54,000 bases of DNA from IMG/VR virus record IMGVR_UViG_3300047316_000404, positions 1 through 54,000 of that record. The stretch is one strand, 5' to 3'. Made by a program: the position numbers and the translations under genes. A model generated the notes under the pieces. The model had not been told where the DNA came from and made no database searches. It saw only the letters and a list, made by a program, of their open reading frames with translations. This stretch comes from a virus. Lineage: Duplodnaviria; Caudoviricetes. Shown piece after piece: positions 46,293-54,000 of this stretch (position 1 is the first letter of the stretch; every line of letters starts with the position of its first letter).

Positions 46293-46571
46293 CTATGGTG
46301 CCACCACCGTAAAGGCTATCGAATCGTTTTTGATATTTCCGAGATTGTCAGTCATCACCAACGACAACATCACCTGCTCGTTGACGATGCCGCCGGACAG
46401 GAAGAACACAATCTCACGGCCCATGATCGAAATGTTGCCGACAGTGCAGGTAGCCGAATTCGATGTTATGTCGATCTGCTCGACCGTCGCGGAATTAGCC
46501 AACCAATAGTCATAATTGACTACCCAACGAATGACGTCGCCAGCTGTATGTGCCCTACTGCCCAAAATCAT
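46293..46571 (-). CDS. Putative fibre-tail adaptor protein
   Basis: VNYDYWL...VFFLSGG beta-rich pattern next to fibre genes. Confidence 0.55.
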   Translation of the reverse strand: MILGSRAHTAGDVIRWVVNYDYWLANSATVEQIDITSNSATCTVGNISIMGREIVFFLSGGIVNEQVMLSLVMTDNLGNIKNDSIAFTVVAP

Positions 46572-46679
46572 CGTCGTACGCCTCTATGATCCTACGTTCT
46601 CCCGGCACCACGATCACACGTTCTTCGTCGTACACCAGCACTATCCTGTCCTGCTTCGGCACGACGATCGTATCCTCGC

Positions 46680-47984
46680 TCACAGCAACGCTCCATAGAA
46701 CGTCGTGACGAAATTGACCGCAGCCACCGTCGTCGTAGTGGCGGAAGGCGAGAAACAATAGCACTCGTAGTAGTCGGTACCGTTGGCTTGATCGATCGTA
46801 TCCACCTGAGTATACGCCGAATTCGACGTTGATTGCGCGCCATTTTGCACGATGCAGGCGCCGTTCTTGAAGAGCATGACCTGCGGAAACACGTTGTTCC
46901 GAACACCCGCCGAGAAAAACAACCCAGCCCCGAGATGCACGATCCCTGCTGCTGGCGTCCATCGAGAATTGGTCGCGTCGTACTTGTTATTGACGTCGAA
47001 CACCTTGCTGGTGAACTTCATCTTGGTGTTGGTGCTGTCGGGAATGCCGGTCTGGTTCGTTGCCAGCTTGGCCCGAAATGCATCTTTCGTGGCCGGCGAC
47101 GTACCAGCCGGTCCCGTGATGCCGGTCGGACCCGTCAAACCGACAGGACCGGTAAAACCAGTCGGCCCGATCTGCCCGACTTGCCCCGTCGGCCCGATAT
47201 TGCCGGTCGGGCCCGTAGCGCCCAGGCCCGTAGGACCAATGCCAAACGGACCGGTATTGCCGGTCGGCCCGGTAAGACCAAGCGGCCCTGTGGGCCCAGT
47301 TCGGCCAATCGGCCCGGTATAGCCGGTCGGCCCGTCGACGCCGTTGTAGCCATCAACACCGCGAGGCCCGGTGGCGCCGACGCCAGGACCCGTGGGACCG
47401 GTGGCGCCGGTTGTCGACGCAAATCCCGCCGGTCCTGTCGCTCCGAGGCCCGTCGGTCCGGTGGCTCCTGTCGACCCCAACGCACCTGTCAGTCCGGTCG
47501 GTCCCGTCGAGCCCACGATGCCCTGCGGTCCCGCTATTCCCGCAATGCCTTGCGGTCCCTGCGGCCCCACCACACCCTGCACCCCGGCCAGTCCCGACGC
47601 ACCAGTCGGCCCCGTAAAGCTCGCCCCGGCAGGGCCAGGTGGACCGTTGGCGCCCACGAACCCGATCGGCCCTTGCGGTCCTGTAGAACCAGTCGCGCCT
47701 TGCAGCGCTGCCTGACCAGGCGCGCCCGTGGGACCGGACGGCCCAATGAGTCCGGCAGGGCCCGTAGCACCGGTTGCCGATGCGGTGCCGGGAGCACCCG
47801 TCGGTCCGATCGGGCCCACGTCACCGAGAGCGCCAAGCGCTCCCGTAGCACCAGCAGGGCCGGTCGGGCCGCCAGCAGGACCGGTCGGACCCGGACCACC
47901 CGCCGGACCGGACGGGCCCGCAGGCCCCGACACCACCACGACAGGGCGGGTCGCGATCGGAGCTGCGGGAGCCGGGTTGGCCAT
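46680..47984 (-). CDS. Collagen-like fibre with C-terminal C1q-like domain
   Basis: Long G-X-T/GPT repeat; AFRAK...[22 protein letters not shown] head. Confidence 0.85.
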   Translation of the reverse strand: MANPAPAAPIATRPVVVVSGPAGPSGPAGGPGPTGPAGGPTGPAGATGALGALGDVGPIGPTGAPGTASATGATGPAGLIGPSGPTGAPGQAALQGATGSTGPQGPIGFVGANGPPGPAGASFTGPTGASGLAGVQGVVGPQGPQGIAGIAGPQGIVGSTGPTGLTGALGSTGATGPTGLGATGPAGFASTTGATGPTGPGVGATGPRGVDGYNGVDGPTGYTGPIGRTGPTGPLGLTGPTGNTGPFGIGPTGLGATGPTGNIGPTGQVGQIGPTGFTGPVGLTGPTGITGPAGTSPATKDAFRAKLATNQTGIPDSTNTKMKFTSKVFDVNNKYDATNSRWTPAAGIVHLGAGLFFSAGVRNNVFPQVMLFKNGACIVQNGAQSTSNSAYTQVDTIDQANGTDYYECYCFSPSATTTTVAAVNFVTTFYGALL

Positions 47985-47985
47985 G

Positions 47986-48450
47986 TCAGCCTATTCTCCA
48001 AGCCGTTCCGTCGGCAAACACCGGCACCTTGTTGCTGCCACCACCAACGACGACGCTGCTGAATGTCGTAACAGTGGCGTCTGTAACAAAGTTACGGTCT
48101 CCCACCGTACTCGCTGCCGGCAAACTAGACACCGTATTAGGTCCGCCGATCGTTCCGGTCGGACCAGTCGCTCCGATGGCTCCAGTCGGCCCAGCGACAA
48201 CCGACGGCGAGCCGATCCCCGGCGGTCCGGTGTTTCCCGTCGGTCCTGTGAACGCACCAGCGCCCTGAGCACCCGTTATTCCGGTTGGCCCGGTATGACC
48301 TGTGAGCCCCTGCGGACCCGTCACGCCGGTACCTTGCGGACCAATCAAACCCGTCGGCCCGGTCGGGCCACCGGAGGGACCGGTGTGACCGCCGATGACG
48401 ACGACCGGCCGAGTCTGAATTGGCGCAGGAACGCTGGGCTGTGATGTCAT
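47986..48450 (-). CDS. Short collagen-like fibre protein
   Basis: [13 protein letters not shown] start, GPT repeats, FVTDAT...[13 protein letters not shown] head. Confidence 0.8.
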   Translation of the reverse strand: MTSQPSVPAPIQTRPVVVIGGHTGPSGGPTGPTGLIGPQGTGVTGPQGLTGHTGPTGITGAQGAGAFTGPTGNTGPPGIGSPSVVAGPTGAIGATGPTGTIGGPNTVSSLPAASTVGDRNFVTDATVTTFSSVVVGGGSNKVPVFADGTAWRIG

Positions 48451-50261
48451 GACAATACCACCATCGGGTCCAAATAGTAGGTCGTGCTCGGCTTGGCGGC
48501 CCGCACCCGCGCGTGCAGATAACCCGCCATGCCGGGCTGCGGCACGGACAGCGTGGCGGTGAGCTTGAACGGCAGCCAACCTGCACCACTGCCACCACCG
48601 TTCCACGTCGAACTGTCCGACGCCACCGCAGCATTCGCTGCCAGCAAATTCGATTTGGTCGTGCTGACGATCGTGCCAATCGGGGTCAGCGATGATCCGA
48701 GATACTCGATCTCCAACCAAATATCATCATTGTTCGGCAACGCACCCGCGTTAATCGTCCCGCACACCGTCACGACGATATTGGCGCCCGTCGTCGGGTT
48801 CCAGATGGCGTAGGGCTCGGCCTTGAACGGACGTAGCCATTGTGAATTGACCGTAGTAACGATCTTGCGGGACTGCGCCTGCCCAGTCGGGTCGGACGCA
48901 CCGCCAACGCGCGTGATCGCCGTCTCGGTCGTCTCGGTGCCCTCGTAGGCGTAGCGGGCAGATTTGTAGCCGGTGCCGCCGCTGTCGGAACGAACGAGCT
49001 GAATAGTCTGCCCGAAAGCCAGCGGCGTCGGGATCGTCATCGAGGCGTTGAGCTTGCAGTCCTTGATCAGCCAATTGCCCATCTCATAGCTGATCGGAAG
49101 CTGAATTAAGTTACCCGTCAATTGGCTGAGATCGAGCCCTTCCAAGATGACATTGCATAGACGTCCAGTTGCCGCTTGCCCGATGAAAGCCGTAGGAACC
49201 GCAGAGCCGCTTACCAGTACCGGACCGGTGTTTCGCCAGGAGAAATCCGTTACCCCGACTTCAAGGTAGTTGTTGACGTGGCCGAAGCTCACCGTGCAAT
49301 TATTCCAGATGACGACACCGGCAATAGTAGTGTTGAGCTGTATTGTCGTCGCCGTTGCTGCCGTGTTTGCAACCTTGAAAATACAGTTGTCGAAATAATA
49401 AAACGCGTTGCCGGGGGTAATTATAATAAACGAAGAGCCGGATGATTGACCTGCTCCGGCTATGAACGAGATACCGTAGATATAAATCGACCCGAGCGTC
49501 GAGTTGAAGGTCAGGCTCACTGCGCCGGTCGTCGATATCGTCGCAGTCGTCCGCAAATCCGTTGACGCAGGCGGATAGCTGCCGGAATGATTGTGGCAGA
49601 TGATCCGCCCCACGGTTGCAACGCTGAGGGTCGGAGCTATCGTGATCGCCGTCGCCTGCGACTCGGCGTGGTTGTCGCCGACGTAGATCGTGTTGCCGGC
49701 CGCAAACCAGGTCGTCACGCCAGCATTGCCCAGCCGCGCGTGCGGGGCTTGACCGCCAGTGAAGTTGCCCACCACACCAAGGCAAGTCCATGTGACCGTG
49801 CTGTCCGTCTGTGTTGTGCCAGCAGTGTTGTTCGCCCAAGCTGGCTCTGATGCGCCCGTGCTCCCCGCTGTGCTGCATATCCAGTAGCTCGCGCCGTTGT
49901 TGCGCTGGATGATCGCGCCCAGCGTGACGGCAGAGTTTATTGCTTTGGCCGCCGCCCAGGTCGGTGTGTTGGTCAGATCGCCATTGACCGCCGACGCGCC
50001 GGTGCATTCCTGCCACGTGGCGGTTCCGTCCGTCGTCTTGGCGCCACGGGTCAGCACCCAAGTCGCGTCGGTGACGTTCCCGGTCGTGCCCGCAGCGACA
50101 CAAACAAACACCCGCTCGCTACCGACCGCAGGGGCCGTGAACTGGCGGACCAATTGACCTGCTGCTACTGCGGCATTCTGCGGACGCTTAGCAACGGCGT
50201 AGTGACCGGTTGTTGATTGGTCACCTGCGTTGCAGTACCAGCACTGATCATAGAAGGCCAC
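48447..50261 (-). CDS. Tail fibre/spike-like protein
   Basis: Two C..AG.TG..W..DG/STxTW modules followed by a beta-helix-like region. Confidence 0.65.
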   Translation of the reverse strand: MAFYDQCWYCNAGDQSTTGHYAVAKRPQNAAVAAGQLVRQFTAPAVGSERVFVCVAAGTTGNVTDATWVLTRGAKTTDGTATWQECTGASAVNGDLTNTPTWAAAKAINSAVTLGAIIQRNNGASYWICSTAGSTGASEPAWANNTAGTTQTDSTVTWTCLGVVGNFTGGQAPHARLGNAGVTTWFAAGNTIYVGDNHAESQATAITIAPTLSVATVGRIICHNHSGSYPPASTDLRTTATISTTGAVSLTFNSTLGSIYIYGISFIAGAGQSSGSSFIIITPGNAFYYFDNCIFKVANTAATATTIQLNTTIAGVVIWNNCTVSFGHVNNYLEVGVTDFSWRNTGPVLVSGSAVPTAFIGQAATGRLCNVILEGLDLSQLTGNLIQLPISYEMGNWLIKDCKLNASMTIPTPLAFGQTIQLVRSDSGGTGYKSARYAYEGTETTETAITRVGGASDPTGQAQSRKIVTTVNSQWLRPFKAEPYAIWNPTTGANIVVTVCGTINAGALPNNDDIWLEIEYLGSSLTPIGTIVSTTKSNLLAANAAVASDSSTWNGGGSGAGWLPFKLTATLSVPQPGMAGYLHARVRAAKPSTTYYLDPMVVLS

Positions 50262-50264
50262 AAC

Positions 50265-50585
50265 CTAACCCCTCATTCTCTGAACGAAATCCGCCATCGA
50301 CAGCGGCGGCGCGCCCTCCTGCGCTCTTATCCGGTTCTCATGGTCGTAGAGCACGGTCGTTTGCGGATCGGCTTGTGGTGGCGGTGGCTCTGGCTCCGGC
50401 ACCGGCTCTGGTTCCGGCGGCGGCGTGTAAACACCATCAATGTATGTTCCGCCGATTGCCATCGGCTCGCCCGTTTCCTCGACAAGGACATGACCTGCCG
50501 GCGGTTCCCATTGTGCCGGATCGTCCAGCACGATCCGATTGTCGATGATGCCGGTCGCTTGCTCGATTACGACATAGATGCCCAT
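50265..50585 (-). CDS. Fibre-associated/assembly protein
   Basis: YVVIE...IDNRIV...W.PP...IGGTYIDGVYTPP. Confidence 0.6.
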   Translation of the reverse strand: MGIYVVIEQATGIIDNRIVLDDPAQWEPPAGHVLVEETGEPMAIGGTYIDGVYTPPPEPEPVPEPEPPPPQADPQTTVLYDHENRIRAQEGAPPLSMADFVQRMRG

Positions 50586-50597
50586 GCGGCGCTGTCC

Positions 50598-51632
50598 CTA
50601 AAATTCCGTGATCATGACGACGCCGTTGCCGCCATTGCCGCCGCCGACGGCGCCGCTGGCTTGTCCGATCGAGCCACCGCTGCCGCCGCCGCCGGCGCCG
50701 AGGGCATTGAATCCGGTGGCAAATGTTGCAGTCCATTGCTGCTGCATGGCTCCCGGCCCCAGCAAACTATTGCCGCCGGCGCCTCCGGTGAAAACGGTGC
50801 CGCCCTGGGCTGCTTGAACGCCGAATTGCCCTGGACTGCCGGGGGCGGTGAAGTCCCCGACGCAGCCGGCCAGGACGGCGCCACCACCGGGAGCCAAGCC
50901 GCTGCCGTTCGATGGGGCGCCCTTGGCGACGCAGAGCACGCCGACGCTGCTATCGCCGCCGGCAGAGCCGGCGCTGTTCGTAGTGCCGGGGCCGCCGGTG
51001 CCGCCGCCGCCCACGGTAACGGCTTGTGAGGCGCCGATCTGGGCTGCGGTGCACAATCTACGTGCATATGCTCCTGATCCGCCGCCGCCGCCGATGTCAT
51101 TATAGCCGCTTTGCGCTGCGTAACCGTTGCCGCCGGCGCCGGCACCAACCATTTCGATGATGCAAGTGGTCATGCCAGCGGTAGGGGTGTAAGTGCCGCT
51201 GGCGTTGAACATTCTGATCGCCCGCACCGAGGGGTGGCTTGCGACTGCGGCCGTGACGAACGCGGTGCTCGCGGCCTGTGTTGTGTTGGTTGCGGGCGCT
51301 GCGGTCGGTACGGTTGGGGTTCCGGTCAAGGCCGGCGATGCGAGGGGCGCGCGAGATGTATCGCTTGGATGAACGTGATCCTCGCGCGAATAGGCAGTCG
51401 CCACACCAGGAGCGGCAATATTGTCCATAAGTGGATTGATACTACTTGGCGTCGACGGTCCTGTAGGACCAACAGAACCAGCTGCACCAGACGGCCCCGT
51501 CGATCCTGTAGGACCGGCCGGACCTCCACCAAGCGTTACCCACATGCCATGCGACGTAAACGTGTAGGTCACACCTAAAAACGTGTAGGTCTGGCCAATC
51601 GTCGGATTTGCTGGGAAATCGATGCTGGCCAT
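50598..51632 (-). CDS. Tail fibre protein with glycine-rich C-terminal domain
   Basis: SREDHVHP, APLASPALTGTPT..T..ASTAFV fibre motifs; SGTYTP...GGNGVVMITEF. Confidence 0.75.
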   Translation of the reverse strand: MASIDFPANPTIGQTYTFLGVTYTFTSHGMWVTLGGGPAGPTGSTGPSGAAGSVGPTGPSTPSSINPLMDNIAAPGVATAYSREDHVHPSDTSRAPLASPALTGTPTVPTAAPATNTTQAASTAFVTAAVASHPSVRAIRMFNASGTYTPTAGMTTCIIEMVGAGAGGNGYAAQSGYNDIGGGGGSGAYARRLCTAAQIGASQAVTVGGGGTGGPGTTNSAGSAGGDSSVGVLCVAKGAPSNGSGLAPGGGAVLAGCVGDFTAPGSPGQFGVQAAQGGTVFTGGAGGNSLLGPGAMQQQWTATFATGFNALGAGGGGSGGSIGQASGAVGGGNGGNGVVMITEF

Positions 51633-52243
51633 CACACCCACCATCCAGGACAAAGCAACGTCACTGCCGCCATTGGACCTGTCGATCCAACCGGTCCCGT
51701 CGGTCCAAGCGAACCAGCCGTTCCCGTTGCTCCTGCCATTCCAGTCGGCCCAGCCAACGACGGCGCCACCTGCACCCACTGCGAAGAGCTGGTAGTAGCA
51801 ACATAGACCGCCAGCACACCCCCCGTGAGATCATACCAGAAATAGCCCGGCGGCACCGACGTTGGTGGAGGTGGCACCGATGCGGTGTAACCAACTCCCA
51901 TTGCACCCGTAATTCCCGTCGATCCGGTAGGACCCGTGCTTCCAACTGCGCCTGGCGCACCGACACCTCCCGGCGACCCAGCAGCTCCCGTCGGACCTGT
52001 TGCGCCCGCGCCGCCCGTACCAGCCCCACCTGTGCCCGCCGGGCCGGCAGCTCCCGTCGGACCTGTCGGTCCCAATCCTCCAGGCCCGGTAGGACCTGAC
52101 ACACCAGTAGGACCGGAAGGCCCAGGCGGACCAGATGTCACCTGCACCACCCACACACCTCGTGATGTGTAGGTATAGGTCACGCTATTGTACGTGTAAG
52201 TCTGGCCAATGGATGGAGAGTTGGGGAAATCGATGTTAGCCAT
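51632..52243 (-). CDS. Collagen-like fibre protein
   Basis: IDFPNSPSIGQTY start, GPT repeats, FWYD...QWV module. Confidence 0.8.
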   Translation of the reverse strand: MANIDFPNSPSIGQTYTYNSVTYTYTSRGVWVVQVTSGPPGPSGPTGVSGPTGPGGLGPTGPTGAAGPAGTGGAGTGGAGATGPTGAAGSPGGVGAPGAVGSTGPTGSTGITGAMGVGYTASVPPPPTSVPPGYFWYDLTGGVLAVYVATTSSSQWVQVAPSLAGPTGMAGATGTAGSLGPTGPVGSTGPMAAVTLLCPGWWV

Positions 52244-53055
52244 CAGACCACCCACCCGCCCAAGAGCAACGTCACCGCCCCACCGCTACCGCCAATCCCA
52301 GCCGGCCCCGTCGGCCCAGCCAGCGGCGGCGCCACCTGCACCCACTGCGTGGAATTGCCATCGTCGACCCAGATCGACAGGATGCCGGTCGTCAGATCGT
52401 ACCAAAGATAGCCAGGCGTCGGCGATGCCGGCGGCGTGCTCGAGCCCGTGTAACCACCGCCGCCGCTGCCACCACCGCTTCCCGCGGCTCCTGTAGGGCC
52501 CGTGGCGCCAGTGTTGGCAGCCGATCCGCCAGGGCCCGCAGGACCTACCGGCCCTTGTGCTCCCGCCGACCCGGGAAGGCCCGTCGGCCCAATAGGACCC
52601 GTCGTACCAGCCGCACCCGCCGGCCCGGTCGCGCCCGTGTTGACGGCAGATCCAGAAACACCGGTTGGCCCAGTCTGACCCACGCGCCCTGTCGGACCAG
52701 TGGCGCCTGTCGCACCGGTCGCAGACGCCGTACCCGGCGCGCCCGTAGGGCCCGTAGAGCCCGTGAGCCCAAGCCCGCTGGCACCCGTGGCGCCCGTCGG
52801 CCCAAGCGTTCCAACACCCACCGGGCCCGTAACGCCGATCGATCCCGTCGGGCCTGTGATTGCTAGCCCGGTCGGCCCGATTGATCCGGTCGGTCCAGTG
52901 AACGCGCCTAGTCCGGTAGGCCCGGTAGCTGCCGCTCCAGTAGGGCCTGTCGGACCGGTGCCGCCTGTGGGACCACCAGCCGGGCCCGTATGCCCACCCA
53001 CGACCACAACGGGGCGTGTCGACACGATAGCCGGTTCGTTCTTTATAACCGCCAC
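52243..53055 (-). CDS. Collagen-like fibre protein
   Basis: [13 protein letters not shown] start, GPT repeats, LWYD...QWV module. Confidence 0.8.
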   Translation of the reverse strand: MAVIKNEPAIVSTRPVVVVGGHTGPAGGPTGGTGPTGPTGAAATGPTGLGAFTGPTGSIGPTGLAITGPTGSIGVTGPVGVGTLGPTGATGASGLGLTGSTGPTGAPGTASATGATGATGPTGRVGQTGPTGVSGSAVNTGATGPAGAAGTTGPIGPTGLPGSAGAQGPVGPAGPGGSAANTGATGPTGAAGSGGGSGGGGYTGSSTPPASPTPGYLWYDLTTGILSIWVDDGNSTQWVQVAPPLAGPTGPAGIGGSGGAVTLLLGGWVV

Positions 53056-53067
53056 CGTGTCACCTCG

Positions 53068-53442
53068 TCAGGGGTACGTAATTCCTTGTACGATTTTTAC
53101 GGTTCCGTGCATGAACGGCCAACGGACCCCATAAGAATCAATCATCACGAGATCGTAGAAGTAAGTTCCAGGATCGAGACTGTCCTGGATGTCAGCAGCG
53201 GTTACGTTGAAGTGTATGACCCGCTGTACGACGTCATCGGTTATGATCCGCCCGTTGGCGGTCGTGAGCGACAGCAACGGTGTCTTGTCGTAAGCGTTCA
53301 GCTGCACGTCCATCTCAAATGTGCAGCCAGTAAGTGTCCACGTCAGATCGTCGGGATCGTCGAACTGGTAGGCGTCGCTCCAACTGCCGTTGTTGTCGAC
53401 GACCATGGGCTCATATGCCGAAGTAACGCTATGCTTGTTCAT
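53068..53442 (-). CDS. BppU/LtfC-like beta-sandwich fibre adaptor
   Basis: LTGCTFEMDV...LTTANGRI...YFYDL...GTVKIVQGIT. Confidence 0.6.
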   Translation of the reverse strand: MNKHSVTSAYEPMVVDNNGSWSDAYQFDDPDDLTWTLTGCTFEMDVQLNAYDKTPLLSLTTANGRIITDDVVQRVIHFNVTAADIQDSLDPGTYFYDLVMIDSYGVRWPFMHGTVKIVQGITYP

Positions 53443-53446
53443 GGCG

Positions 53447-54000
53447 CTATCTCAACGGCGTTGGTGTCGGATTGACGTTGTACGTGCTCATGCCGCGCTT
53501 CTGACCCGTCACCCGGAACTGCTGCGGATAGGCCCAGGCCTGCGAGCCAACGGTATTCGCCCGCATCATCGCCACCCGCGCCCGCGCGATCTTATCGCGG
53601 AACCTGGTCAGATGGAATTGCGCCAACGTAGGGTTGGAATAGCTCTGCCCCGGCTGCAGCATCATGTTGCCGAGAATGCCGTTGAGAATCGCCTGACCGT
53701 GCGCTGGCAGCACCCAATCCGGAATATGCGGCGGCACGCATTCCAGCGGATCGGTCACGTTCTTGACGACGATGGCCGTCATCGGCTGTGTGTTCGTATA
53801 CGGATAAAGAAAATGCACCGTCCCGATCACCGGCATGACCGCAGATTGCGGTACGTTGTTCTGATCCAGTACACCGTACAGCCGCAATATCCGGCCAGTC
53901 GACGGATGCAGCGGATAGTCCAGCAACTCCGGTATCACCGTTATGCCGATGTTCTCCTGCCAGCAATTCGAGTCATTGAAAAATTCATCCAGCACATCGA
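53447..54000 (-). CDS. Head-tail adaptor-like protein (starts outside the window)
   Basis: EFFNDSNCWQE...AILNGILGNMMLQPGQSYSNP.LA. Confidence 0.55.
   Translation of the reverse strand, partial: DVLDEFFNDSNCWQENIGITVIPELLDYPLHPSTGRILRLYGVLDQNNVPQSAVMPVIGTVHFLYPYTNTQPMTAIVVKNVTDPLECVPPHIPDWVLPAHGQAILNGILGNMMLQPGQSYSNPTLAQFHLTRFRDKIARARVAMMRANTVGSQAWAYPQQFRVTGQKRGMSTYNVNPTPTPLR

Noticed and set aside
46680-53055. Diversity-generating retroelement or invertible fibre switch
   Set aside because: No reverse transcriptase or invertase; the similarities are diverged paralogy without adenine-specific variation
1-54000. tRNA, rRNA or major capsid genes
   Set aside because: None recognised by eye; the capsid module probably lies outside the window. 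A tRNAscan-SE run is needed to exclude tRNAs

Overview
The window is most of a GC-rich temperate tailed-phage genome, probably podovirus-like and infecting Alphaproteobacteria (Rhizobiales-type); the host is an inference from gene content and motifs. No host genes flank the integrase, so it looks like the excised or virion form. The capsid genes lie outside the window. Modules from left to right: lysis, two glycosyltransferases, portal, then divergent terminase genes (1-9.5 kb); an accessory cluster of small leftward genes (9.5-15.4 kb); a putative origin, helicase, methyltransferase and VRR-NUC gene (15.4-20 kb); a lambda-like cro/cI switch with five 17-bp operators (21.3-22.3 kb); a rightward recombination and accessory operon ending in an integrase and putative attP (22.3-31.7 kb); leftward ejection, tail and collagen-fibre genes (32-54 kb). 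Main finding: a Cas7/RAMP-like gene (23508-24134) is surrounded by five arrays of GGY-NN pentamers. Read as a gapped NN-x-NN-x code, the first array matches the start of the phage's own yqaJ gene at 19 of 22 nt and skips the wobble positions, which suggests an RNA-guided system. Other findings: three type II hammerhead ribozymes at gene junctions, a conserved leader hairpin, a host-type parS palindrome beside attP, an orphan BrnA antitoxin, a VPLPA-CTERM protein and a possible virion glycosylation module. All calls come from reading motifs by eye; no searches were run.
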